NCBI GenBank assembly: GCA_900769705.1
Contig: CAAGHP010000016.1
Location: 13,210 to 77,209 of the forward strand
DNA length: 64,000 nt
Source of the DNA: Alphaproteobacteria bacterium
Lineage (GTDB): Bacteria; Pseudomonadota; Alphaproteobacteria; RF32; CAG-239
Direction: 5' to 3'
Shown: piece by piece, positions 28,675 through 37,074 of the stretch
Position numbering within the stretch: position 1 is the first letter of the stretch
Layout: every line of letters begins with the position of its first letter
Notes under the pieces: generated by a model
Told to the model about the DNA's origin: nothing
The model's input: only the letters and a program-made list of their open reading frames with translations
Database searches by the model: none
Translations under genes and position numbers: made by a program

Positions 28675-30192
28675 ATGGCTTTGAAAAACAGTCGTAAACA
28701 AAATTATCCGGAATGGTATCAAAGTGTGGTTGCCGAAGCCGATATGGCAGAAAACTCTGTTTCTCCGGGGTGTATGGTTATAAAATCCTGGGGCTATGGA
28801 ATTTGGGAACGCATCCAGCATGAAATGGATTATCGTTTTAAGGAAACCGGCCACGAAAACTACTATTTTCCGCTGTTTATTCCGCTTTCTTTCTTTCAAA
28901 AAGAAGCCGACCACGTTGAAGGTTTTGCCAAAGAAATGGCTGTGGTTACGCACTCTCGTTTGGTTAATGAAGACGGCAAGCTGAAACCGGCTTCTGAGTT
29001 GGACGAGCCTTTAATTGTGCGTCCGACCAGTGAAACAATCATCGCCGACTCGTTTTCTAAATGGGTAAAATCTTATCGTGATTTGCCGATTTTGCTAAAC
29101 CAGTGGGCAAACGTTGTGCGTTGGGAAATGCGTCCGCGTTTGTTTTTGCGCACGCGTGAATTTTTGTGGCAAGAGGGACATACCGTACACGCCACGGCTA
29201 AAGAAGCCGAAGCCGAGACAACTAAAATGTTGAATGTGTATAAAGAAGTTTCCGAAGATGTTTTGGCTATGCCTGTGATTGCCGGACGCAAGCCGGAACA
29301 TGAAAAATTTCCGGGGGCGGTAGATACATATTGTATTGAAGCCATGATGCAGGACGGTAAAGCTCTGCAAGCCGGAACTTCTCACTTTTTGGGACAAAAT
29401 TTTGCTAAGTCGGCGGATATTAAATTTGTTAATCAAAACAATGAGCAAGAATATGCTTATACGACTTCTTGGGGCGTTTCTACCCGTTTAATCGGCGGGG
29501 TGATTATGTCGCACGCTGATGATGAGGGAATGGTTGTTCCGCCAAGAATTGCACCGTATCAGATTATCTTTATTCCGTTGATTAAAAAGAATGATGATGC
29601 CGCAAAAATTATGGCGTATATTGAAAACATTCAAGCTCAGCTGAAAAATAAAACCGCGTTTGGCGAAAGACTGCGCACCAAAATTGATTCTCGCGACAAA
29701 TCCAGCGTGGATAAAGTTTGGGAGTGGGTTCGCAAAGGTGCGCCTATGGTTTGCGAAATCGGCGCCCGTGATATTGAAAACGGCGGTTTGATGGTTAAAG
29801 AGCGTATTTTCTTTGGTCAGCCGGAAGGCAAAAAAATTCTGAAAACTGAAGAATTTGCGGCTACTGTCAGCGAGCGTTTGGAATTTTTGCAACATGAAAT
29901 GTTTAAGCGCGCAAAAGAGCGTTTGGAACAAAATATTCGTACCGATATTAAAACTCCGGAAGAATTTGCCGCTTATTTTGCCAACGGCAATGAATGGATT
30001 GAAGATGGTAAACAAGGCAAAGTTGCGTTTGTGCGCGGTAAATGGTGCGCAGACCCGGCAACCGAAGAATTGCTCAAAGCTATGAAAATCACCATTCGCT
30101 GCATTCCGTTTGACCAAAGCGGTACAACAGGCAAATGTCTGCTGACCGGTAAAGATGCGACTTTAGATGTGATTTATGCACGCAGTTATTAG
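28675..30192 (+). CDS. proS: proline--tRNA ligase, eukaryote/archaeal-type (no editing insertion; C-terminal Zn domain ending in Tyr)
   Basis: 505 aa; class II motifs; ends '...IYARSY' with the terminal Tyr characteristic of archaeal/eukaryotic-like ProRS. Confidence 0.85.
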   Translation: MALKNSRKQNYPEWYQSVVAEADMAENSVSPGCMVIKSWGYGIWERIQHEMDYRFKETGHENYYFPLFIPLSFFQKEADHVEGFAKEMAVVTHSRLVNEDGKLKPASELDEPLIVRPTSETIIADSFSKWVKSYRDLPILLNQWANVVRWEMRPRLFLRTREFLWQEGHTVHATAKEAEAETTKMLNVYKEVSEDVLAMPVIAGRKPEHEKFPGAVDTYCIEAMMQDGKALQAGTSHFLGQNFAKSADIKFVNQNNEQEYAYTTSWGVSTRLIGGVIMSHADDEGMVVPPRIAPYQIIFIPLIKKNDDAAKIMAYIENIQAQLKNKTAFGERLRTKIDSRDKSSVDKVWEWVRKGAPMVCEIGARDIENGGLMVKERIFFGQPEGKKILKTEEFAATVSERLEFLQHEMFKRAKERLEQNIRTDIKTPEEFAAYFANGNEWIEDGKQGKVAFVRGKWCADPATEELLKAMKITIRCIPFDQSGTTGKCLLTGKDATLDVIYARSY

Positions 30193-30210
30193 TTTTTAGA
30201 GGGTATAAAA

Positions 30211-30546
30211 ATGTCAAAACAAACTTGTTTTATGATTTTTATTGCGGCTTTGGTGGTGATTATGGCTTCATTTATTTTTGGTTTTGGCGCCGTAACCGCT
30301 CCGGTTTCGGAAACATTCGGCGCAATGAAAGGACTATATTTAGCTATATCCGCCTTGGTAATTTCTTTGCTGCTCTTGAAGCAAAAATATTATTGGCTGC
30401 TGATTTTGGGCTGCGCGGTTGTTGCTGCTGTTTTAATCCAGCTTTTAATTGTCGGCGGTTCGGTTATGAGCATAGCCGTGCTTTATAAAATTGCTGCGTT
30501 TGCGGTGTATGCTTATTTGGTACAGCTTGTCCGCTTTATGATATAG
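30211..30546 (+). CDS. hypothetical small membrane protein
   Basis: 111 aa, almost entirely hydrophobic (3-4 TM). Confidence 0.4.
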   Translation: MSKQTCFMIFIAALVVIMASFIFGFGAVTAPVSETFGAMKGLYLAISALVISLLLLKQKYYWLLILGCAVVAAVLIQLLIVGGSVMSIAVLYKIAAFAVYAYLVQLVRFMI

Positions 30547-30860
30547 AGAAACTCGTCTAATGGCTTTCTGCTGGTAAGATTTTTTCTTATGTACTGGTTT
30601 GTACACTGCGAAAAAATCTTACTTTGCATTAAGCTCATTATCCGAGTTTCTGAGAGCTATGTGAATTTTGCGCTCGTGTACTAGTTTGTACACAGCGCAA
30701 AAAAGTTAATGTGTATTAGCCTCATTATTCGGCATTTTAAACTCGTCTAGCAGCGCATCTGGCGCCAAAACTACGAAAGAGAGAAAATTTACGTACATCA
30801 ATGTACGCTGGAATTTTCTCTCTTTTTGTATAAAGAAAAGCGTAAAGTTTAAAAACTTTA
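30547..30860. repeat. composite REP/MITE-like intergenic repeat block (locus 1)
   Basis: Starts right after a stop codon with 'gaaactcgtcta'. Contains the hairpin units 'gtactggtttgtacac...atccgagtttctgagag' and 'gcgctcgtgtactagtttgtacacagcgc', both also present at 38497-38840. Ends with two terminator-like hairpins. Confidence 0.55.
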
Positions 30861-30881
30861 CGCTTTCAGAAATTAGAATTG

Positions 30882-31259
30882 TTAAGCGGTCAAAATCTTG
30901 AGGCAGTCAAACATAACACGAATATGATGTTTTGTGCCGGAGGAAATTACGCTCATAAAGCCTTTAGTACACAGCTCGTCATAATCCTTGAAATCTTCAG
31001 ATTTGACCAGATTTTGCAGTTTGCGTTGTACCAAAATCATTGCCATCTTATCGTGGTAATGACCTTTTACTACTTGTTCCAATGCCAAAATAATGGAACC
31101 GGAAATTTCATACAAACCAAACAAAATACCTTGAATATCCTCTGCACCAAACTGCCAGCCTTCACGGATATCGTTAGCCCAGCCGGAGCGATAAATTTTC
31201 AAATCAGAAATCTGCTGTAAAACATCGCTGCTTAAAACATCTAATTTAGCCATAATCAA
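30882..31259 (-). CDS. hypothetical protein
   Basis: 125-aa ORF with a plausible terminator downstream ('gcgtaaagtt-taaaa-actttacgc'); no domain recognised. Confidence 0.4.
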   Translation of the reverse strand: MIMAKLDVLSSDVLQQISDLKIYRSGWANDIREGWQFGAEDIQGILFGLYEISGSIILALEQVVKGHYHDKMAMILVQRKLQNLVKSEDFKDYDELCTKGFMSVISSGTKHHIRVMFDCLKILTA

Positions 31260-31611
31260 TCTGGGTTTGTTTAAAGAGGGGGTGCCCTATTACACGTCCC
31301 GTTCCCTCTGAAAAGTTAATAATATTAAAAATAATTTCAAATATAACTATTTTATAGCTTATTTATAGACAAAAGTCAAGGAGAGTTTTTGAAATATTTT
31401 GGCAAAACTTAGCCCTTTACTTTTTTCAAGATGTTTGTTAGTTTAGCAAACAGATGGGCAATAGTCTGTCTGGGGTGTGGTAGCCTCTTCAGTATACGTC
31501 TGCAGTATCAGACGATAAATAATACCTTCTGGCTAAAGGGCTGGAAGGTAGCAGAATGTGCTATAAGCTAATATGCTACACTATTTTATACTGAATAGCT
31601 TACCAACTTCC

Positions 31612-31636
31612 AGCTGTCTCGCCGACAGCTTTTTTG
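31612..31636 (+). terminator. terminator-like hairpin + T-run ~30 nt upstream of the start codon of prepilin-like paralog 2
   Basis: 'gctgtc-tcgcc-gacagc' followed by 'ttttttg'. Confidence 0.4.
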
Positions 31637-31665
31637 TTGTAATTCCAAAATGATAGGAAGTTGTT

Positions 31666-32466
31666 ATGATATTAAAAAATTTGAAAAATTGTTTGGTCTT
31701 TCGTCTGTTCTCTTTCATTCTCAACTTCATGCTTGCGTGCGAGCATAGCGAACTACTGCAAACATTTAGGAATGTAATGTCAATATTATTGAAGCGGATG
31801 TACAATCCTGTATCCTCTGCGAATGAGCTGACGCTCAAAGCAAAGGATGATAAAAATAGGGTGTTGCAAATTGGTCGTTCAATGATAGAAATGCTCGGCG
31901 TGCTGGCTATCATCGCTGTACTGAGTGTCGGCGGAATAGCAGGATATTCAAAAGCCATGGAAATGTATAAAATCAATAAAACATTGGAGCATTATAACTA
32001 TTTAGTTTTGGGAATGCTTGACTACGTTAGAGAAACTAAAAATTTGGCAGAACAAACAAATACAGGTATGACAATGATTGCCGAAGCAGCTGGGCTTATT
32101 CCGGCAACATGGCAAAAGGAAAACAACTTTAATCTAAGAGATGACATGGAAAACATTGTGCAGATTTTTGCTAACAAAACACATCTTTCTATTGATTATA
32201 TTTTCCAAAATTCTGAAAAACACTCAATAACAGATAAATTATGCAATAATTTGTTCAATAACACATTAAAACCGTTAAGCAACAGTATTCAGGTTATTTA
32301 TGTTACAATAGCCAATAAGATAAATTTTGCTATTTATTATGGTAATACAACCTGTGATGCAGCCAAATCAAAAAAATGTCTCAGAGATGTAGAATTAAGC
32401 GATATAAGAGATTCCTGTAACTTTTGTGCCGAGCAAAAATTTTGTTCTATAGCTGTAAAGTTTTAA
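31666..32466 (+). CDS. prepilin-like protein, paralog 2, with ~70-aa N-terminal extension before the 'GRSMIEML' hydrophobic segment
   Basis: 'MILKNLKN...ACEHSEL...RMYNPVSSANELTLKAKDDKNRVLQIG|RSMIEMLGVLAIIAVLSVGGIAGYS'; C-terminal Cys motif 'C..KCL...LS.I...C..C....C'. Confidence 0.5.
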   Translation: MILKNLKNCLVFRLFSFILNFMLACEHSELLQTFRNVMSILLKRMYNPVSSANELTLKAKDDKNRVLQIGRSMIEMLGVLAIIAVLSVGGIAGYSKAMEMYKINKTLEHYNYLVLGMLDYVRETKNLAEQTNTGMTMIAEAAGLIPATWQKENNFNLRDDMENIVQIFANKTHLSIDYIFQNSEKHSITDKLCNNLFNNTLKPLSNSIQVIYVTIANKINFAIYYGNTTCDAAKSKKCLRDVELSDIRDSCNFCAEQKFCSIAVKF

Positions 32467-32631
32467 CTTAAATTCGGCAACTCTAAATTTTTAAGCGTCG
32501 GCTCAAAATAGAAATATTACATTTTGCTATGATATTAAATCATATTTTTGTTGACTTTTTGTCAAAAAAAGCGGATAACATAAATATATTTAAATTATGA
32601 TTTCTATTATTAACTCTTAAATTTTCAGCTT

Positions 32632-32871
32632 ATGTTAATTGATATTATTTTTTGGCTGGTTGCTGTTTTTTGTTTGTGTGCAGGCGTTTATTGCTTGGTC
32701 GTGTACAAGGACAAAGTTCCTCCGGTTATCAAGATTGTCTTTTGGGCTATATTGATGCTTTTAGCCATGGGGGCGGCAGTTTGGTTTTTGGCTTTATACC
32801 ATACTTTGTTCTATCCTTTGGATGTTGACGTTCATGCACCGATAATGATTTACGGCGTTTACTTTCAATAA
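32632..32871 (+). CDS. hypothetical small membrane protein
   Basis: 79 aa with two hydrophobic helices; weak support. Confidence 0.3.
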   Translation: MLIDIIFWLVAVFCLCAGVYCLVVYKDKVPPVIKIVFWAILMLLAMGAAVWFLALYHTLFYPLDVDVHAPIMIYGVYFQ

Positions 32872-32938
32872 AAACATCAGCTTTGGAAAGCTAATATAAA
32901 AAAACAGCGTTATCACTAAAGATAGCGCTGTTTTTTTG

Positions 32939-34036
32939 TTATTTTGCGGTTATAAAACTATCTATGCCCAGCTGTTGATGAAAAAGTAAAGCTATGCCGA
33001 TAATGGCCGCAAAGCATAAAAATATAACCAATATGTTGGCAAAAGCAGAGGTCCTTTGCGGTAAATTAGGCGTTATACCCTCGTCGCAAGCGTAGTTGAT
33101 GTATATGCGGCAAGCAGAAATAATGTATAGCGGACGAAACAAAATCATTATAATAAGCAGCGCCAAAATTAGTGGAAATCCGGCGTAAAAATACCATGAA
33201 TAGATATCGTATTCGTCCGGCATTTTATCCATATAGCAAAAGAAAAGAACTGTACCGGTATAGCAGCCGATACCAATTATCCAACAAACAAAAGAGTAGC
33301 CAAGGCGCAATTTAATCAGCGGTAAAAAGCGTTTTTTGAGCAAAAACAAAGAATCTTTACAGGCATCTTTAAAGCTGCGTCCGTAGAGAAGCGCAGGAAT
33401 AAAACCAAGGCTAATCATTTTCCAGAGTTGATAGAGTAGTTCCCTTTCATATTTTACAGCGCGTGATGTGTGGTCGTTTTTCTTCGGCAGTCTTTCTAAG
33501 ATGCGTTTAACCGTCCACCAGCCGTCTATCCAAGAAAAAATCCAAAGCGTGCCGGCGCGGCTAAACGCGGCTTTCATACAATCTGTAAAAGTGGACTCTT
33601 TGTTTTGAAAGCGCAAAAGACAAGATGCATTCATACATGCTGTTAAAATTCCAAGCGGAAAAGCGGCTAGCCCCACACAGGCCAGCGACCAGACTAATAA
33701 AATTATGTTTGCGGCTGTGTTTTCTGTGTCATTTTTCCATATTTCTTCGGGTATCCAAGACAAACCTTGTGTCCAAATAAAATAAACCAAAGCAATAGTA
33801 GCCCATTGTAAAAGCGCAAATACAATATTTTCTTTTTCGGTAAAAATAAAGCGCAGAGAAGCGGCGATGCTGGTAAAAAAGCTGCCGATAGAACCAAAAT
33901 ATCCCGGATTTTCGCTAAAATCAGTTTCTTTATAGGCTTTCGTTTTTAGTCTGTCAAACTCAGATTTCATGGTAAATAATGACATAATTTTTCTCCTTTT
34001 TATTTTGATTGTAGCGGAATAAAAGCAAGTCTGCAA
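32939..34036 (-). CDS. hypothetical polytopic membrane protein
   Basis: 365 aa with >=8 predicted TM segments; likely start at the internal Met 'MSLFTMKSEF'; no motif recognised. Confidence 0.45.
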   Translation of the reverse strand: MQTCFYSATIKIKRRKIMSLFTMKSEFDRLKTKAYKETDFSENPGYFGSIGSFFTSIAASLRFIFTEKENIVFALLQWATIALVYFIWTQGLSWIPEEIWKNDTENTAANIILLVWSLACVGLAAFPLGILTACMNASCLLRFQNKESTFTDCMKAAFSRAGTLWIFSWIDGWWTVKRILERLPKKNDHTSRAVKYERELLYQLWKMISLGFIPALLYGRSFKDACKDSLFLLKKRFLPLIKLRLGYSFVCWIIGIGCYTGTVLFFCYMDKMPDEYDIYSWYFYAGFPLILALLIIMILFRPLYIISACRIYINYACDEGITPNLPQRTSAFANILVIFLCFAAIIGIALLFHQQLGIDSFITAK

Positions 34037-34092
34037 TAAAAAAGCAGCATTATCCTTATAGATAATGCTGCGAAATGCTGCTGTATTTCTGC

Positions 34093-34992
34093 TTATTTAG
34101 AATTTTGCTTTTGTTTCATCGCATACAACGCAAAAGAGCTGCTTTCTTGTCCTTCAATGTATACTGAATTTTTTACTAAAGGCTTGTCTTCCATGGTAGC
34201 CACAGTTTTTTCCGGTTCATAAGGCTTTGCAAATTGATTGTCTGTTATCTTTGCACCTATGCTTTCAACAGCTTTACTCAAAGGATTTTGAATATTGAAA
34301 CCGGCTTTTGAATTGTTGATGCGATCAATAGTCTTTTGAGTTTCCTGAACAGTCTTTTTTATCTCGGCCTGAGTTTTCAGAACGCTTTTCAAATCCATTT
34401 CTTTTTTCATTAAAGCTTGGTCGGCGTTTTGTTCGGATGCTTGGCACAATGCGCTGATGGCCTGACGAGAAGTTTTTATGCTTGCATCGCCGATATATTG
34501 AGCAAAATTGCTTGGTTCATTAACAGCCATAGTTAAAAGCTCCAGAGCTTTTTCTCCGAATTTTTCTATCAGCTGGCCGGTTATTTCTTCGGAATTAACG
34601 GTTTTGCCGGCACCGTTTACTTTATTCATATAATTGAGAATTCTGACCATCTTATCATGCTGAACATCTTGAGGTCGAGCCGCTGCCTGTTCTGCTTTTT
34701 TCTCAACATTTGCTTTGGCATTTTTCCAGCCGTTTTTCAAACCTTCGTTTATTTCTTCTTTTCTTTTGGCAACGGCATCAACTGCTGCTTTGCCATAGTT
34801 TGTGTTGAGAGGTTTATCTTTAGGAGCCATTACGTATATTTCAGGATGTGCTTCATTGGAAGTTTGTTTTTGCGGAGCAGCTTTTTTCTGAGCCTCTTTT
34901 TCCGCATGAGCCTTGCCCCAAGGAGTCATTGTTTGAATATTGGATTTATTGTCTTCCGGTGCCTTAATGTATGAGCCATTGTTGTCAGTCAT
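34093..34992 (-). CDS. hypothetical Lys/Glu/Ala-rich protein (possible secreted/effector-like)
   Basis: 299 aa; low-complexity charged helical composition; AT-rich gene; no signal peptide. Confidence 0.4.
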   Translation of the reverse strand: MTDNNGSYIKAPEDNKSNIQTMTPWGKAHAEKEAQKKAAPQKQTSNEAHPEIYVMAPKDKPLNTNYGKAAVDAVAKRKEEINEGLKNGWKNAKANVEKKAEQAAARPQDVQHDKMVRILNYMNKVNGAGKTVNSEEITGQLIEKFGEKALELLTMAVNEPSNFAQYIGDASIKTSRQAISALCQASEQNADQALMKKEMDLKSVLKTQAEIKKTVQETQKTIDRINNSKAGFNIQNPLSKAVESIGAKITDNQFAKPYEPEKTVATMEDKPLVKNSVYIEGQESSSFALYAMKQKQNSK

Positions 34993-35159
34993 AATTTTTC
35001 TCCTAATAAGATATGTTATTTTGTCTAAGCATAGCAGCTAATTATATATAAGACAAGCAAAATCGGCAAAAGACTGCTTTTGTCATATTTCTGTAACAAT
35101 TTTGCAATATTATTACATTAAACAGCTGAGTTATAAAAATGTTGTTTTGCCAGAACTTT

Positions 35160-36521
35160 TTAGCGTCGGTTTTCGGATTTTAACTTTTTCAGCTGCAGCA
35201 AGGCTGAAGCATGCTGCTGTTTTTGAGCATTGTCGGCGTTATTATAGTGGCTGAAGCCAGACAATTTGCCGTTATACAGCTGCATAGCCATCTTTTTAGC
35301 GCCTGCGCCTTTATTGCCTACCGCTAAAATATCTTTAACGAGCTTCTTTTGAGCTTTGTCAGAAAGCTTTTGCTTAGCGCTGAAAGCTTGGTTTAGAGAT
35401 GAGCTTAAGCCGTATTGGTCGTACATTACTTTAGCATAAGCGGCTTTTTCTACGCTGATGTTCTGTGGAAGGCTGAAGTTTCCGGCGGCAATTTGCTTTT
35501 CAATTTTTTGATACAGCAGGTCGCGTTTAGCTTTAGAAGTCAAAAGTTCTATGGTGTTGTCATAGTAATTTTTCCAGATTTTTTCGGCAGAAGACGGCTT
35601 ATGTGCCGAGGTTTGGTCTTGCCGCTGAGCCGGAGCAGCAAACTCAGCCGTTTTAGCTTCGGCTTTTTTAGGTGTATATTGTTTTATAGTAATGGTGTTT
35701 TGCTTGGCTACCGGAGTTTTATTTGCGGTTTTAAGCCCTAAAAAGCCGATAAGCCCGATACCGGCAATAACTGCAGCGGCTTTAAGATTGTTTTTGGCTG
35801 CGGAAAACTTTTTCTTTAATCTGGAAAAAATAGAAACTTTTTCCGCTTTGGCAGCAGGCTGGGTTGAAACAGCTTGCGGCTGTGCTTTTGTTTGCACATG
35901 TGCCTGCGGTCTGATAATGCTTAGAGCCTGCCGGTCAAGCTTTTGAATAGCATTATAAATTTCTGAATCTTCGTAAAGATGTCCGCCGACCGTATTAAAA
36001 TATTCTTTGGTTAAGGCAATGTCTTTGTTTGGCACAACCGTTAAATTGCGAAGAATATTTGCAGCATAAACTTCAGCGGCGCGGCTCATGCTATCAAGCT
36101 CTATCAAGGCATCAGCATCCGAAGTATTTTTCTTTAATTTGCAGTAAGTTTTGCATTTTTTCCGCAATTCTTTCTCTGTCAGCGCTGTATATTCGTCTTT
36201 TGCTCCGAAAATTTTCTGCCAAAGAGTCTTTCGGCTTTCATTGATATAAGATGTAACGTCAAATTTTGCCTGTTTTTGCAGTTTAGCCAGATACTCCGGT
36301 TTGTGATAACCTCCGAAAGCGTTGATATATATGGCAAAAGGTCTTTTCAGCTCGCTGCTGAGAATCAGTCGGTTGTTTTTGAAATCAGATAAAATAGTTA
36401 AAGCTTTTTGTTCCAGTATTTCTCGTCTATTATATTTCTTTTCGGAAAAATCGCCTCTAAATGTTTTTTGATAGTTTTTTACATCGCGCAAAAGTTCTTT
36501 GGCTGTAAGTTCTGTGTTCAT
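35160..36521 (-). CDS. hypothetical protein with central TM helix and Pro/Gln/Ala-rich linker
   Basis: 453 aa; single TM 'AAVIAGIGLIGFLGL'; no catalytic motif. Confidence 0.4.
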   Translation of the reverse strand: MNTELTAKELLRDVKNYQKTFRGDFSEKKYNRREILEQKALTILSDFKNNRLILSSELKRPFAIYINAFGGYHKPEYLAKLQKQAKFDVTSYINESRKTLWQKIFGAKDEYTALTEKELRKKCKTYCKLKKNTSDADALIELDSMSRAAEVYAANILRNLTVVPNKDIALTKEYFNTVGGHLYEDSEIYNAIQKLDRQALSIIRPQAHVQTKAQPQAVSTQPAAKAEKVSIFSRLKKKFSAAKNNLKAAAVIAGIGLIGFLGLKTANKTPVAKQNTITIKQYTPKKAEAKTAEFAAPAQRQDQTSAHKPSSAEKIWKNYYDNTIELLTSKAKRDLLYQKIEKQIAAGNFSLPQNISVEKAAYAKVMYDQYGLSSSLNQAFSAKQKLSDKAQKKLVKDILAVGNKGAGAKKMAMQLYNGKLSGFSHYNNADNAQKQQHASALLQLKKLKSENRR

Positions 36522-36606
36522 TTTTTTTCACTCTTTTTTTAATTTTTTACCGATTCTTAATTCTTGGTTAGAATATGCCAAAATCATCTTTTTGTCAATA
36601 ATTTTA

Positions 36607-36627
36607 TACAAAAAAACGTCCCCAAAG
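36607..36627 (-). terminator. intrinsic terminator after the DUF2312 gene
   Basis: 'acgtccc-caaa-gggacgt' with A7 on the plus strand (= U-run on the minus strand). Confidence 0.5.
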
Positions 36628-36655
36628 GGACGTTGCGCTAAAAAAGTCCGGAATA

Positions 36656-36916
36656 TTAAATATCCAAAGCTTTGCGGTAGGTGTCCACCACCAATTCCTG
36701 TTCGTCGCGGTCAGCAGCGTTCATTTTGCGCAGTTTCAATACGGTACGCATTGCTTTTACATCAAAGCCTGCGGATTTTGCTTCGGCAAAAATATCACGG
36801 ATATCGCTCTGAATGCCTTTCTTTTCTTCTTCCAAACGCTCAATTCTTTCAATCAGCGAGCGCAAACGGTCAACAGCTACGCCGCCGACTTCTGCTGTTA
36901 CATTTTCTTCTGCCAT
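36656..36916 (-). CDS. DUF2312/UPF0335 family protein
   Basis: 'LIERIERLEEEKKGIQSDIRDIFAEAKSAGFDVKAMRTVLKLRK' is the conserved core of this largely alphaproteobacterial family. Start reassigned to 'MAEENV', preceded by RBS 'AAGGAGAAA'. Confidence 0.65.
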   Translation of the reverse strand: MAEENVTAEVGGVAVDRLRSLIERIERLEEEKKGIQSDIRDIFAEAKSAGFDVKAMRTVLKLRKMNAADRDEQELVVDTYRKALDI

Positions 36917-37074
36917 TGTTTTTCTCCTTAAAAAATTTGTCTGTAGTGTTTGTAGCAAACAAAAATTATTTTGACAAGTGGAATTTTTATCTAAAAATTA
37001 TCTTTAAACTAACAAGTTTTTAACCTATATGTGTGTATAGTTATTGTAAAGTTTAACATTATGAGGAAAAAATA

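Noticed and set aside
30547-30860. Possible CRISPR array (repeated hairpin-containing units at 30.5 kb and 38.5 kb)
   Set aside because: The units are not regularly spaced, are not separated by unique spacers, occur as mixed module types, and no cas genes are present. They are better explained as a REP/MITE-like family.
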